Assembly (NCBI GenBank): GCA_038890745.1
Contig: JAWAFD010000001.1
Location: 32,001 to 96,000, forward strand
Source of the DNA: Candidatus Anstonellales archaeon
GTDB taxonomy: Archaea; Micrarchaeota; Micrarchaeia; Anstonellales; J096
DNA: 64,000 nt
Reading direction: 5' to 3'
In this document: positions 1-8,276 of the stretch, one piece after another
Layout of the letters: every line of letters begins with the position of its first letter
Numbering within the stretch: position 1 is the stretch's first letter
The notes under the pieces: model-generated
Told to the model about the DNA's origin: nothing
Databases searched by the model: none
What the model saw: only the letters and a program-made list of their open reading frames with translations
Position numbers and translations under genes: made by a program

Positions 1-144
1 GTCAGGGCGGATTATGATGGGGGATGGGTGATAGTAAGGGCAAGCGGGACAGAACCAATAATAAGGATATTTTCCGAAAATAGAGAAGAGAAGAAAGCAA
101 AAGAGGTAATGGAGTATTGGATGGAGAGGGTTAGAAAAGTATAA
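1..144 (+). CDS. C-terminal end of a phosphomannomutase/phosphoglucosamine mutase family protein (partial, runs off the window)
   Basis: Frame 1 reads VRADYDGGWVIVRASGTEPIIRIFSE...RKV*. RASGTEP is the domain-4 phosphate-binding motif of alpha-D-phosphohexomutases. Confidence 0.85.
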   Translation, partial: VRADYDGGWVIVRASGTEPIIRIFSENREEKKAKEVMEYWMERVRKV

Positions 145-146
145 GT

Positions 147-644
147 CTATATCTTATGAATAATCGCAACTGCTTCCTTTATCTTATCAGTAATCTTATC
201 TGCAGTATCTCTCAGTAAGAGCCAACTATTCATTATTTCCATGTGTGTTACGCCGGTTAGTCTTTCCACGGTCCCTACTATGTCTGGACCAGGTTCTGAT
301 TTCAATCTTACTGAGCCAAGGAAGAAGGCTGTCAGTTTTTTATTTTTCTTTGTTATATTTGTTTTGATGGAACGAAGCGAATTCAACAATGTTTGTGTAA
401 TATTTTTAAACTCGGTAAGTTTGTTTTCTCCATATTTACTTCGATCCCCGTATGCAAGCTCTTTGAACATAGATGTAAAGGCCTCTAATTGATTCAGAAC
501 ATCGTTTGCCCTTTCTCTTGCCGGGATAGGAACATTGCGCTTTGTCATTTTTTCAATGAGATCTTTCCACCTGGATTGTAAGGTCCGCAGCTGTTTGCTA
601 ATCTCCTCCTTCTTACTACTACCATGCTTAATTCTTCTCATCAT
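147..644 (-). CDS. Hypothetical helical protein, paralog of 3762..4298
   Basis: 165-aa ORF with an upstream AGGTGA SD; shares LAYGDRSKxG and RDTA motifs with 3762..4298. Confidence 0.7.
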   Translation of the reverse strand: MMRRIKHGSSKKEEISKQLRTLQSRWKDLIEKMTKRNVPIPARERANDVLNQLEAFTSMFKELAYGDRSKYGENKLTEFKNITQTLLNSLRSIKTNITKKNKKLTAFFLGSVRLKSEPGPDIVGTVERLTGVTHMEIMNSWLLLRDTADKITDKIKEAVAIIHKI

Positions 645-656
645 GTCACCTAAATC

Positions 657-700
657 TTTTATTTTATGTTTTGTTATTATGTGTGAAAAAGTTTATAAAT
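657..700 (-). promoter_or_regulatory. Duplicated promoter/5' leader, copy 1 (TTTATAAA TATA box)
   Basis: 41/44 identical to 4318..4361; both copies lie upstream of the paralogous genes. Confidence 0.7.
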
Positions 701-1523
701 GTTTTTTATAGTTTTTTATCTTCAAATCTAACTCCTTTGCCTCCTCAAAACTCGCTCTAACGAAATCCTTTGTCTGTTTTTTCTCGTATGCATAAGCAAG
801 AGAGGAAGAAACGTTTATTCGGTGTATGGATGGGTTTGGTTTTATTGCTTTCATAACGGTTTCCAGATCTCCTCCCTGCGCACCTATCCCAGGAATGAGC
901 ATAGGGACTTTGGCTTTTGTTTTTTCGCATACTTTCAGAATGTCTTCGCTTGTTGCACCAACAACTATTCCTGTTTTCCATTCCATAGCTTTCTCAACTA
1001 CCTTCTCATACACCCGACCACCGGTTTTTAACTCAAGCATCTGAAAATCCTCTGCCCCTTTGTTGCTTGTTCTCGCAAGAAGATAAACAAAACCTTTCTG
1101 CAAAAACGGCTGAACAGAATCAAAACCCATGTAAGGGCTTACGGTAACTGCGTGAGCCTGCCAGAATTCAAAAACCTCTTTTGCATACGCCTCGCTTGTC
1201 TTTCCAATATCCCCTCTTTTTGCATCCAAAATTATGAATAACTCATCCCTGTATCTTTCAATAAGGTGCTCAAGGGCAAAAAGCCCTTCAAACCCGTACT
1301 GCGCAAAAAATGCATAGTTTGGCTTTATGGTTCGTATGAGGTTTTCTTCCTTGAGCTTATCTATTATTGGGTAGAAAAAATTTTCTATTCTATCCTCTAT
1401 TGTTCCTTCAATAGGAATCTTTTCTATAACAGGGTCTATGCCAAAACAGAGAAGCGAGGTTTTTCCATCTTCTTCAAGCTTTGATAATGTCTTTTGCAAA
1501 TTTTTCAACCTCCTTTGCTCCAT
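693..1523 (-). CDS. pyrF: Orotidine-5'-phosphate decarboxylase
   Basis: FGIDP, KPNYAFF, LDAKRGDIGKT catalytic motif and LIPGIGAQGG; start moved to the ATG at 1523. Confidence 0.95.
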   Translation of the reverse strand: MEQRRLKNLQKTLSKLEEDGKTSLLCFGIDPVIEKIPIEGTIEDRIENFFYPIIDKLKEENLIRTIKPNYAFFAQYGFEGLFALEHLIERYRDELFIILDAKRGDIGKTSEAYAKEVFEFWQAHAVTVSPYMGFDSVQPFLQKGFVYLLARTSNKGAEDFQMLELKTGGRVYEKVVEKAMEWKTGIVVGATSEDILKVCEKTKAKVPMLIPGIGAQGGDLETVMKAIKPNPSIHRINVSSSLAYAYEKKQTKDFVRASFEEAKELDLKIKNYKKHL

Positions 1524-2499
1524 CAAAATTCTTTGCAAAGGAATAAAAGCGTTTAAGGTTTGGTCTTAAAGAAAGTGCTTTTTCTATTGCAAAATCAAGA
1601 ACGTTCTCATCAAGCCAGCGCGGGTTTACCAAAACCCCCAACCCAAGCCGCTCAACGCCTTGTGCGTTTTCAACCCTTTCGGTATAATTCTCCAAAGGCG
1701 CAACAACCATCGGCTTTTTCATTAAAACGCATTCCATTATGCTCGTATGCCCGCCATGTAGTATGCAAAACTCGCTGTGGAGCATGTAGTCTCGAATATC
1801 TTTCACAAAATTTATATTGCGCATTCTTTCTTTCCTGCTTCCTTTTATAAAATAATTATACTTTGATTTTTTCAGAACATGGAGAATATTTGTAGAGGTA
1901 TCCGAACCACCTGAAACAACCGCCCCAAAACCTTTCTTTGTTTTTTTTGTTTTTTTTGGTTTTACGGTTGGTCCAACAAACCTTATGGGTATGTTTGTGT
2001 CAAGCCTTTTCGCCGGAGAGATGTTAAACGGAGGGGGAAAATCAACTATGGCTATCCCATCAACTGAGGAGAAAATCTGCGTGAATAGTTTTTCTGTTAT
2101 TTTTCTAACAAAAAACCCTGAAAAAAAGGTCGAGGGGTCTATTTGGTTAAGCACGACAAGTGTTTTTATTCCCATCATCTTCCCCATCGCAATTCCAAGA
2201 GGGGTGGAATCCACTATTACAACATCACTATCTTTTAGGGCCGAGATAGAAGTGGCAAGAATTTTTGGGTTTATTGCCTTAGCGCTTTTCACTATTGTCT
2301 TTACCCAATCTACCCCCTCTTCATCTACCTCTAGATTATATGGTTCTGGAATTTTTCTAACCTCCACTCCATAAGAGGAGAGAAACCTAGCCCCTGTTCC
2401 ATAGCTTATTACCTCCCTTTTCTTGAACCTTTGGATTATTGGGAGCATTCTGGATGCATGGCCATACCCAATCCCTTCAACAAAAAAGGTTGCTTTCAT
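1474..2499 (-). CDS. MJ1255/MurG-like GT-B glycosyltransferase
   Basis: N-terminal GIGYGHASR and C-terminal HGGHTSIME...KKPMVV...ERVENA motifs. Confidence 0.8.
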   Translation of the reverse strand: MKATFFVEGIGYGHASRMLPIIQRFKKREVISYGTGARFLSSYGVEVRKIPEPYNLEVDEEGVDWVKTIVKSAKAINPKILATSISALKDSDVVIVDSTPLGIAMGKMMGIKTLVVLNQIDPSTFFSGFFVRKITEKLFTQIFSSVDGIAIVDFPPPFNISPAKRLDTNIPIRFVGPTVKPKKTKKTKKGFGAVVSGGSDTSTNILHVLKKSKYNYFIKGSRKERMRNINFVKDIRDYMLHSEFCILHGGHTSIMECVLMKKPMVVAPLENYTERVENAQGVERLGLGVLVNPRWLDENVLDFAIEKALSLRPNLKRFYSFAKNFDGAKEVEKFAKDIIKA

Positions 2500-3158
2500 G
2501 CCTTACTCCCATATTCTTTAAAGTATTCCAAGAATGCGGAATATATTTTGTCGTCAACGTGTATTTTTCCATCAATCTTTCTGTTGTGGAGATAGTCAAA
2601 AATCTCTGTTATTTTTGCAACAGAATATACCGGCATACCGAATTCCTTTTCAAATTCCTTTATCGCGTTTTCCCTTTCTCCTTTTTCTTCCCTGTCAACT
2701 GCGATCACTATCCCAAGAATGTTAACGCCGGCTGTCCTCTTCAGTTTGTTTATGCTCTCAACCTTCGTGCCACCGGTTGTGAAAACATCATCAACCATTA
2801 CGATCTTCTGGCCATCGCGAGGTCCATCACCTATAAAAACCCCCTTATCCCCGTATTCCTTCTCCTGCTTCCTGTCAAAAAGCCATGTCTTGTTTATTTT
2901 GAAATGCTTTGCAAGCGCAACGGAAACTGAAACAGCAAGGGGAATTCCCTTGTACGCCGGCCCGTATATTGTATCAAATTCAGGAAATTTTTCTTTTATC
3001 ACCCGCGCATACGCCTTCGCCAGTTCGTACGTGCCCTCCCCATCAGCAATCACACCTGTGCTTATGAAATATGGGCTTTTCCTTCCGCTTTTTAAAGTAA
3101 ACTCACCGAATTTAATTGCTCCTCTTCTTACGAGGAGCTCAACAAACCTCTTATCCAT
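2496..3158 (-). CDS. pyrE: Orotate phosphoribosyltransferase
   Basis: FGEFTLKSGRKSPYF, GPAYKGIP, DRKQEKEYG and the VDDVFTTGGT PRPP loop. Confidence 0.96.
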   Translation of the reverse strand: MDKRFVELLVRRGAIKFGEFTLKSGRKSPYFISTGVIADGEGTYELAKAYARVIKEKFPEFDTIYGPAYKGIPLAVSVSVALAKHFKINKTWLFDRKQEKEYGDKGVFIGDGPRDGQKIVMVDDVFTTGGTKVESINKLKRTAGVNILGIVIAVDREEKGERENAIKEFEKEFGMPVYSVAKITEIFDYLHNRKIDGKIHVDDKIYSAFLEYFKEYGSKA

Positions 3159-3162
3159 AAGC

Positions 3163-3711
3163 TCACCTAAAAATTTTTGTGAAAACGAATATTAAAATAC
3201 CTCCTATTAGCGCGGTTGTGAATTGAAGAATACCCATCGCTTCCAAAAACATTTCTGGAAGCTGAATTGTATTATGGAGAATGAATGCTGAGGTGAATAG
3301 GAATGAGGATTTGAGAAGCGCACCTACTAATAATGAGAGGAAGTAGTTTTTGTTTAGTTTTGCGTGCAGATATTTTATTGAGAAAAGAAGGAGCGCGTTT
3401 CCTATCCATATAAAAGGAATTAGATAAGCAAGGAAGATTGTTAAAGGACCAAAAAGCAGACCCCTTGAGAATGCAGCGATGCTTGGGAGAAGAATGACCG
3501 GTAGTATATTTTTTCCTTTGAAACGAAGCGCTGCAAAAATTATGAATGAGTTTACAAGCGCGCCTGTGAGAAGCTGCGGGTGAGGGATGAAAAAAGGGAT
3601 TGCAAAGGAGAGGAGAGACACAACGCAAAGCTCCAGGAATTCGTAATTTTCTTTAAGCACATACTTTCTCTCATAACTTAGATTTGAGAGGAAAGAATAG
3701 ATGTCTTTCAT
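3163..3711 (-). CDS. Polytopic membrane protein, probable ECF transporter S-component-like
   Basis: About 6 hydrophobic helices; QLLTGALVN, PFIWIGN and QFTTALIGG resemble ECF S-component family motifs. Confidence 0.55.
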   Translation of the reverse strand: MKDIYSFLSNLSYERKYVLKENYEFLELCVVSLLSFAIPFFIPHPQLLTGALVNSFIIFAALRFKGKNILPVILLPSIAAFSRGLLFGPLTIFLAYLIPFIWIGNALLLFSIKYLHAKLNKNYFLSLLVGALLKSSFLFTSAFILHNTIQLPEMFLEAMGILQFTTALIGGILIFVFTKIFR

Positions 3712-3750
3712 AAAAAAAATAAAATCAAAAGGGGTTAAAAAGGTTTCTTA

Positions 3751-3766
3751 TGTAACTATAGTTACA
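3751..3766. promoter_or_regulatory. 16-bp perfect palindrome TGTAACTATAGTTACA (copy 1)
   Basis: Identical at 58965..58980 and one mismatch at 54169..54184; all three lie at gene boundaries. Confidence 0.65.
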
Positions 3767-4298
3767 ATTCATACTTCTCTTTTATAATCGTTACTGCCTG
3801 CTCTATTTCTTCAATAGTCCTTCCAGCAGTATCCCTTACAGAATCCCACCAGCCGATTGTTTTCTGTCTAAACATTATTTTTTTCAGAACCCATAATTCA
3901 AACCTACTCCACCAGTTTTTACTATACTCCTCCTCAATTTTATAAACTTGTTTTTCTGCATTCGCTTTAGTTGAGTGCAGTAGTTTCCAAAGCATTTCAG
4001 CAAAACTTATGAACTCATCCAACTTATCTTTTCCGAATTTGCTGCGATCTCCGTATGCTAGTTTTTGGAACATGTATGCAAACGCAGCAACCATGGGCCC
4101 GAGTTCTCCTTCTTTCCCTTCTTTTATCCGCTCTACCCGATAGCCATTCTCCAGTTTTCTCTCCTTTTCTCCCAGAAGCTCCATCCATTTAAATGCCAAT
4201 TTGTTCAACCGTTTGATAGTATACTCTTCAAGACCGCCGTGATTAAAATACCCCTTGGCCGTGGATTTAAGCCTCTCTCCAAATCCAACTTTTCTCAT
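3762..4298 (-). CDS. Hypothetical helical protein, paralog of 147..644
   Basis: AFAYMFQKLAYGDRSKFGKDKLDEF vs AFTSMFKELAYGDRSKYGENKLTEF. Confidence 0.7.
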   Translation of the reverse strand: MRKVGFGERLKSTAKGYFNHGGLEEYTIKRLNKLAFKWMELLGEKERKLENGYRVERIKEGKEGELGPMVAAFAYMFQKLAYGDRSKFGKDKLDEFISFAEMLWKLLHSTKANAEKQVYKIEEEYSKNWWSRFELWVLKKIMFRQKTIGWWDSVRDTAGRTIEEIEQAVTIIKEKYEL

Positions 4299-4317
4299 AT
4301 AAAATCACCTCTATATG

Positions 4318-4361
4318 TTTTATTTTATGTTTTATTGTTATGTGTGAAAAGGTTTATAAAT
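4318..4361 (-). promoter_or_regulatory. Duplicated promoter/5' leader, copy 2
   Basis: 41/44 identical to 657..700. Confidence 0.7.
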
Positions 4362-4405
4362 ATAGATGTTAGCAAACTTTTAAAAAACAGTTGAGAAAAA
4401 AACAC

Positions 4406-5035
4406 ATGGCAAAAATTTACTTTGATATTGACGATACGCTTTTTCCAAGCACCGAATTTGCAGAACTTGCCAGAAAGAACGGGGTTAGGGCAATGGTTGA
4501 AATGGGGCTTGATGAGGATCCGGAGAAACTCTACTCCATGCTCATGGAGATTGTTGAAAGAATGGGTCCAAACTACACAAAGCATTTTGACGAACTTTGC
4601 AGGGAATTGGGGATAAAAAAGCCGGCAAAGTATATTGCCGCGGCTGTTGCTGCCTACCATGACACAAAAACCGCTATCATGCCTTTCCCCGAGGTTCCTT
4701 CTGTTCTTCTAAAATTAAGGGAATCTGGGCATGAGCTTTATGTCGCGAGCGAGGGGGAGGAGAAGAAACAATGGGACAAGCTTATAAGGCTGGGTTTGCA
4801 GTGGTTTTTTCATGGTGTTTTTGTAACAAAAAGGAAGAGCGCCCATTTCTTCAAAACCCTCCAGCGCGGTGTTGTTGTTGGAGACCATCCCATAAGGGAT
4901 ATCGAGTATGCAAAAACAGCTGGCCACATTGCTGTAAGGGTCCTGAGAGGAAAACACGCGAAAGAAGAAAGCAGAGCGGATTATGAAATAAAAAACCTGA
5001 AAGAACTATTAAGCATTAAAAACATTTTGATTTAA
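4406..5035 (+). CDS. HAD-superfamily hydrolase (archaeal subfamily IA type)
   Basis: FDIDDTL motif I, KQWDKLIRLGL and VGDHPIRDI motif IV. Confidence 0.9.
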   Translation: MAKIYFDIDDTLFPSTEFAELARKNGVRAMVEMGLDEDPEKLYSMLMEIVERMGPNYTKHFDELCRELGIKKPAKYIAAAVAAYHDTKTAIMPFPEVPSVLLKLRESGHELYVASEGEEKKQWDKLIRLGLQWFFHGVFVTKRKSAHFFKTLQRGVVVGDHPIRDIEYAKTAGHIAVRVLRGKHAKEESRADYEIKNLKELLSIKNILI

Positions 5036-5059
5036 AGATAAGTCAGGTTTGGTGGTTGA

Positions 5060-5896
5060 ATGAAAAATATTTTAATTGTGTTTGGAATTGTTGGGTTGTT
5101 TTTGATCCTTTCTGGATGTGTTGGTGGATGCGAGAGCGACGCAAACTGTAAATCCTGGCAGAGATGCAATATAGAGAAGAAGATATGCGAACCAAAGGAA
5201 GGGATGTGCGACAGTTCTTCCGATTGTAAAGAGTGGGAAATATGCGACACAAAAACCCACTACTGCGTTGTAAAATCAGGGATGTGCGCGCGCGATGGGG
5301 ATTGCGAAACATGGCAGGTTTGCGACACCTCTTCCCATAAATGCAAGGCAAAGCCTGGCTTTTGTGTAAGTAATGAAGAGTGCGGAGAGATAGAGGTATG
5401 CGATGCTGAGAGTCATAGGTGCAAACCTGCAAAGGGATATTGCTACAACAATTATGATTGTAATTACTGGGAATACTGCAACCTGGCTGAAAAAAGATGC
5501 TATCCTTATGAAGGAAAGTGCAACTCTGGGGCTGATTGTAAGGAATGGCAGTACTGCGATAATAAAACAAAAACATGTTACGCAAAAAAAGGGTATTGTG
5601 ATATAGATACGGATTGCGAAGAATGGCAGAGGTGCAATGAGAATACTCATTTATGCGTTCCGCTGCCGGGATACTGTGATGCCAACGAACAGTGCTCCTC
5701 GTGGGAGTTCTGCGAGCCTGAAGAGCATGTATGCACAGTAAAGAAGGGGTATTGCAACAGCGATAGAGACTGCGAGGAATGGCAGACATGCACGCTATCA
5801 ACGCATACATGCAAAACAAAATTAGGGAGGTGCGGAACAGATAAGGACTGCGGGGTTGGGGAGTACTGTGATGAAAGGACGCATACCTGCCATTAG
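5060..5896 (+). CDS. Lipoprotein made of ten ~26-aa four-cysteine repeats
   Basis: Signal peptide with an LILSGC lipobox; repeat unit GxC-x5-C-x2-W-x2-C-x6-C occurs ten times. Confidence 0.85.
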   Translation: MKNILIVFGIVGLFLILSGCVGGCESDANCKSWQRCNIEKKICEPKEGMCDSSSDCKEWEICDTKTHYCVVKSGMCARDGDCETWQVCDTSSHKCKAKPGFCVSNEECGEIEVCDAESHRCKPAKGYCYNNYDCNYWEYCNLAEKRCYPYEGKCNSGADCKEWQYCDNKTKTCYAKKGYCDIDTDCEEWQRCNENTHLCVPLPGYCDANEQCSSWEFCEPEEHVCTVKKGYCNSDRDCEEWQTCTLSTHTCKTKLGRCGTDKDCGVGEYCDERTHTCH

Positions 5897-5928
5897 TTTT
5901 TTATTCTATTTGTTTCATTTTAAACTTA

Positions 5929-6130
5929 GCCAAGGTAGCTCAGCCTGGTTATGAGCGCCAGACTCATAGGAAATAAACTTATGAGTGATGAGCCTTTTGG
6001 CGATGATATAAAATGGCGTTCTAACTTAGGAACGCTCTTAGAAGAAAATTCTTCTGAGAGATCTGGAGGTCGCGGGTCCAAAGAGCCCTTTTTGCTGGTG
6101 GAAAAGGGTTTGGAAATCCCGCCCTTGGCA
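5929..6130 (+). tRNA. tRNA-Met(CAT), elongator type, with two BHB introns: 37/38 (5969..6060, 92 nt) and 59/60 (6083..6116, 34 nt)
   Basis: Acceptor stem GCCAAGG/CCTTGGC+A, D stem GCTC/GAGC, anticodon stem CCAGA/TCTGG with CTCATA|A loop, T stem GCGGG/CCCGC. BHB helices CTCA/TGAG and TCCA/TGGA with 3-nt bulges. Confidence 0.9.
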
Positions 6131-6144
6131 ATAATGGTGGTCGT

Positions 6145-7032
6145 GTGAACATAGAGGACACTGAAAAACTAGAGATAGAAAAAATGAAAAACATAGGCTT
6201 TCAAGCAACAAACCTAGGAATAGGGATAGAAATAATAAAAAGAATGAAAGAAGAGAAAGCAAAAATCTTCTTTGGCTTCACTGCAAACTTGGTTGCATCT
6301 GGAATCCGAGGGCTTATTGCTGATTGGGTGAGAAAAAAATTTGTTGATGTGATAGTAACCACCGGTGGCTCTCTTGACCATGATCTGATAAAAGCGCACA
6401 AACCTTATTTGCTTGGCTCTTTTTACGAGAATGATGCAGAACTCCATAAAAAAGGGATAAACAGAATTGGGAATATTCTCGTTCCGGGCGATAGATACGA
6501 ATTGCTTGAGAAAAAAATCCAGCCGATTTTTGAAAAATGCTATGAAAAATACGGAAGGATCGCTTCTCCAAGCGAGATTGCGTATGAGATCGGCTTAACA
6601 ATCCAAGACGATAGTTCTTTTCTAAAATGGGCTTCAAAAAATAACATTCCTGTTTTCTGCCCGGGGATTACGGATTCTGCAATAGGCCTGCAGACATACT
6701 TTTTTAAACACAAAAAAAAGGACTTTGGAATAGATGTAACAAAGGATATGAAAAGGCTTGCGGACATTGTTCTTAATGCTGAAAAAACAGGGGCAGTGGT
6801 TTTAGGAGGAGGGATAAGCAAGCATCATATTATAGGAGTAAATTTGCTTAGAGGAGGACTTGACTACGCTGTTTATGTAACTACCGCCCAGCCATGGGAC
6901 GGAAGTTTGAGTGGAGCCAGGACAGACGAGGGGATAAGCTGGGGGAAGATAAAGGAAAAAGCAAGACATGTAACAATAGATGGGGATGCAACTATTGTTT
7001 TTCCTTTGCTGCATTCAGGAGTAAGGATTTAA
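6145..7032 (+). CDS. dys: Deoxyhypusine synthase
   Basis: GFQATNLG, TANLVASG, GINRIGN, LGGGISKHH and DGSLSGARTDEGISWGK. Confidence 0.95.
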   Translation: MNIEDTEKLEIEKMKNIGFQATNLGIGIEIIKRMKEEKAKIFFGFTANLVASGIRGLIADWVRKKFVDVIVTTGGSLDHDLIKAHKPYLLGSFYENDAELHKKGINRIGNILVPGDRYELLEKKIQPIFEKCYEKYGRIASPSEIAYEIGLTIQDDSSFLKWASKNNIPVFCPGITDSAIGLQTYFFKHKKKDFGIDVTKDMKRLADIVLNAEKTGAVVLGGGISKHHIIGVNLLRGGLDYAVYVTTAQPWDGSLSGARTDEGISWGKIKEKARHVTIDGDATIVFPLLHSGVRI

Positions 7033-7065
7033 AAAATGTTTTGAATAAAGCAAATATGTGTAAAA

Positions 7066-7776
7066 ATGAAAACGCGCCTTATGATGCTTTTGATGGGCGG
7101 GCTTTCGGTTTTTTTACCTTTTGAAATAAACAAGCCACCACGCCCCCCTATTGCAAAGGTTTGGGCGTATGATCCGTTAACCGCCAACATACTCTCTTTT
7201 TATGAAGGGAAAAAATTGCTTAAAAAAGCCGGACCGAATCTAGAGTATGATAGTCTCTATGCTCTGCTAAAAAATGAAGGGTATAGTATCCCTTACTCGC
7301 CTCCAAAAGAAAAAATTAAAACCGAGCAAATTGTAGTAAAGATTCCAATAGATAGCTGCGATATAAAAGCAATAGTGCTCGAAAAATCAGAAAGGGCATA
7401 TATTTTATACCAGCTCTTGACAGGAAGGACAAAGGTAGACGTATTAGGAATAGATGAACTAAGACATCCATTTGGAAAAAAAGTTTTATTCACTGGGTAT
7501 TATTCTGATATAGACACAATAGACCTTGATTATGTGCTAACGCAATCAGATATGGCCTGTTTAGAGTTTGCAGTGCTATGTGGAAGTGTTCTACTTTCCT
7601 ATGGATACAGCCCAGAAATTAAAATACTTCTCAGTAAAAATGGGGGACATGCATTTATTCAAATTAACGGAATTATAATTGATGATGAGTACACAAGAAA
7701 AGAGGATATAATGCTAAAATATTATGGAAAAGAATGGGGAAAGGAGTATAGGATTATAAACCTTTTCCCTCAATAG
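7066..7776 (+). CDS. Exported hypothetical protein with a transglutaminase-like Cys-His-Asp arrangement
   Basis: N-terminal hydrophobic segment; MACLEFAVL...GHAFIQINGIIIDD. Confidence 0.55.
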   Translation: MKTRLMMLLMGGLSVFLPFEINKPPRPPIAKVWAYDPLTANILSFYEGKKLLKKAGPNLEYDSLYALLKNEGYSIPYSPPKEKIKTEQIVVKIPIDSCDIKAIVLEKSERAYILYQLLTGRTKVDVLGIDELRHPFGKKVLFTGYYSDIDTIDLDYVLTQSDMACLEFAVLCGSVLLSYGYSPEIKILLSKNGGHAFIQINGIIIDDEYTRKEDIMLKYYGKEWGKEYRIINLFPQ

Positions 7777-7791
7777 AAATATGGTGAAAGT

Positions 7792-8235
7792 ATGAATGGA
7801 TCTAGACTTAAAACGGCGGTTGAAAAATATGTCGTCCTGCCTGCCCGCGAGCTAGACCCCAAGACTGGCCTGTTATGCGATGTGCTTAGGGCTGGAAATC
7901 GTGAATTATGGATTAAAGGTGTTGCAGAGACAGAATTTTTCAAGGAAATGACACCTAAAGGTCTAACAATTGATAAAGAGGGCTACACAAAACTACATGT
8001 AGCTGGAAAGACGGAGTTAGAGGAATTTAGAGTAAACGGTTTTTTTCAAAAAAATAGCTGTATAATCGCAGTACTCACCAACATGAGTAATGAGATCGTA
8101 TTTGGAACCTTAAATGAAGTTACTCGAAGATTTGGAAAAGATACAAAATATACTACATGGGAATTTATTCCCCTCGACAAGACAACAGGACAGATATCAA
8201 TCGGTGGAACGTTGTTTGACTATGAGATAAGATAA
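7792..8235 (+). CDS. Hypothetical protein
   Basis: 147-aa ORF with a GGTGA SD; no recognised motif. Confidence 0.6.
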   Translation: MNGSRLKTAVEKYVVLPARELDPKTGLLCDVLRAGNRELWIKGVAETEFFKEMTPKGLTIDKEGYTKLHVAGKTELEEFRVNGFFQKNSCIIAVLTNMSNEIVFGTLNEVTRRFGKDTKYTTWEFIPLDKTTGQISIGGTLFDYEIR

Positions 8236-8276
8236 CCACAAAATAACTTTAAAAATCCGTAACCTCAAACTTACTT

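Noticed and set aside
5043..5819. 258-aa antisense ORF and other long shadow ORFs (e.g. 22272..22979, 24447..25142, 43411..43959)
   Set aside because: Opposite strand of well-supported genes, with no motifs of their own.
5120..5896. Possible CRISPR or DNA tandem repeat (78-bp periodicity)
   Set aside because: The periodicity is at the protein level only; there are no identical DNA repeats with spacers and no cas genes in the window.
6040..6057. Second (D-box) guide in the tRNA-Met intron targeting U39
   Set aside because: The sequence upstream of CTGA is not complementary to the tRNA, and this CTGA is explained by the BHB helix.
5929..6130. tRNA-Ile2(CAT) or initiator tRNA-Met
   Set aside because: G1-C72 and a CCAGA/TCTGG anticodon stem lack initiator features. 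The GCC start and 37/38 intron fit elongator Met better than Ile2, though this is not proven.
5951..6148. 65-aa ORF on the + strand
   Set aside because: Lies almost entirely within the intron-containing tRNA-Met.
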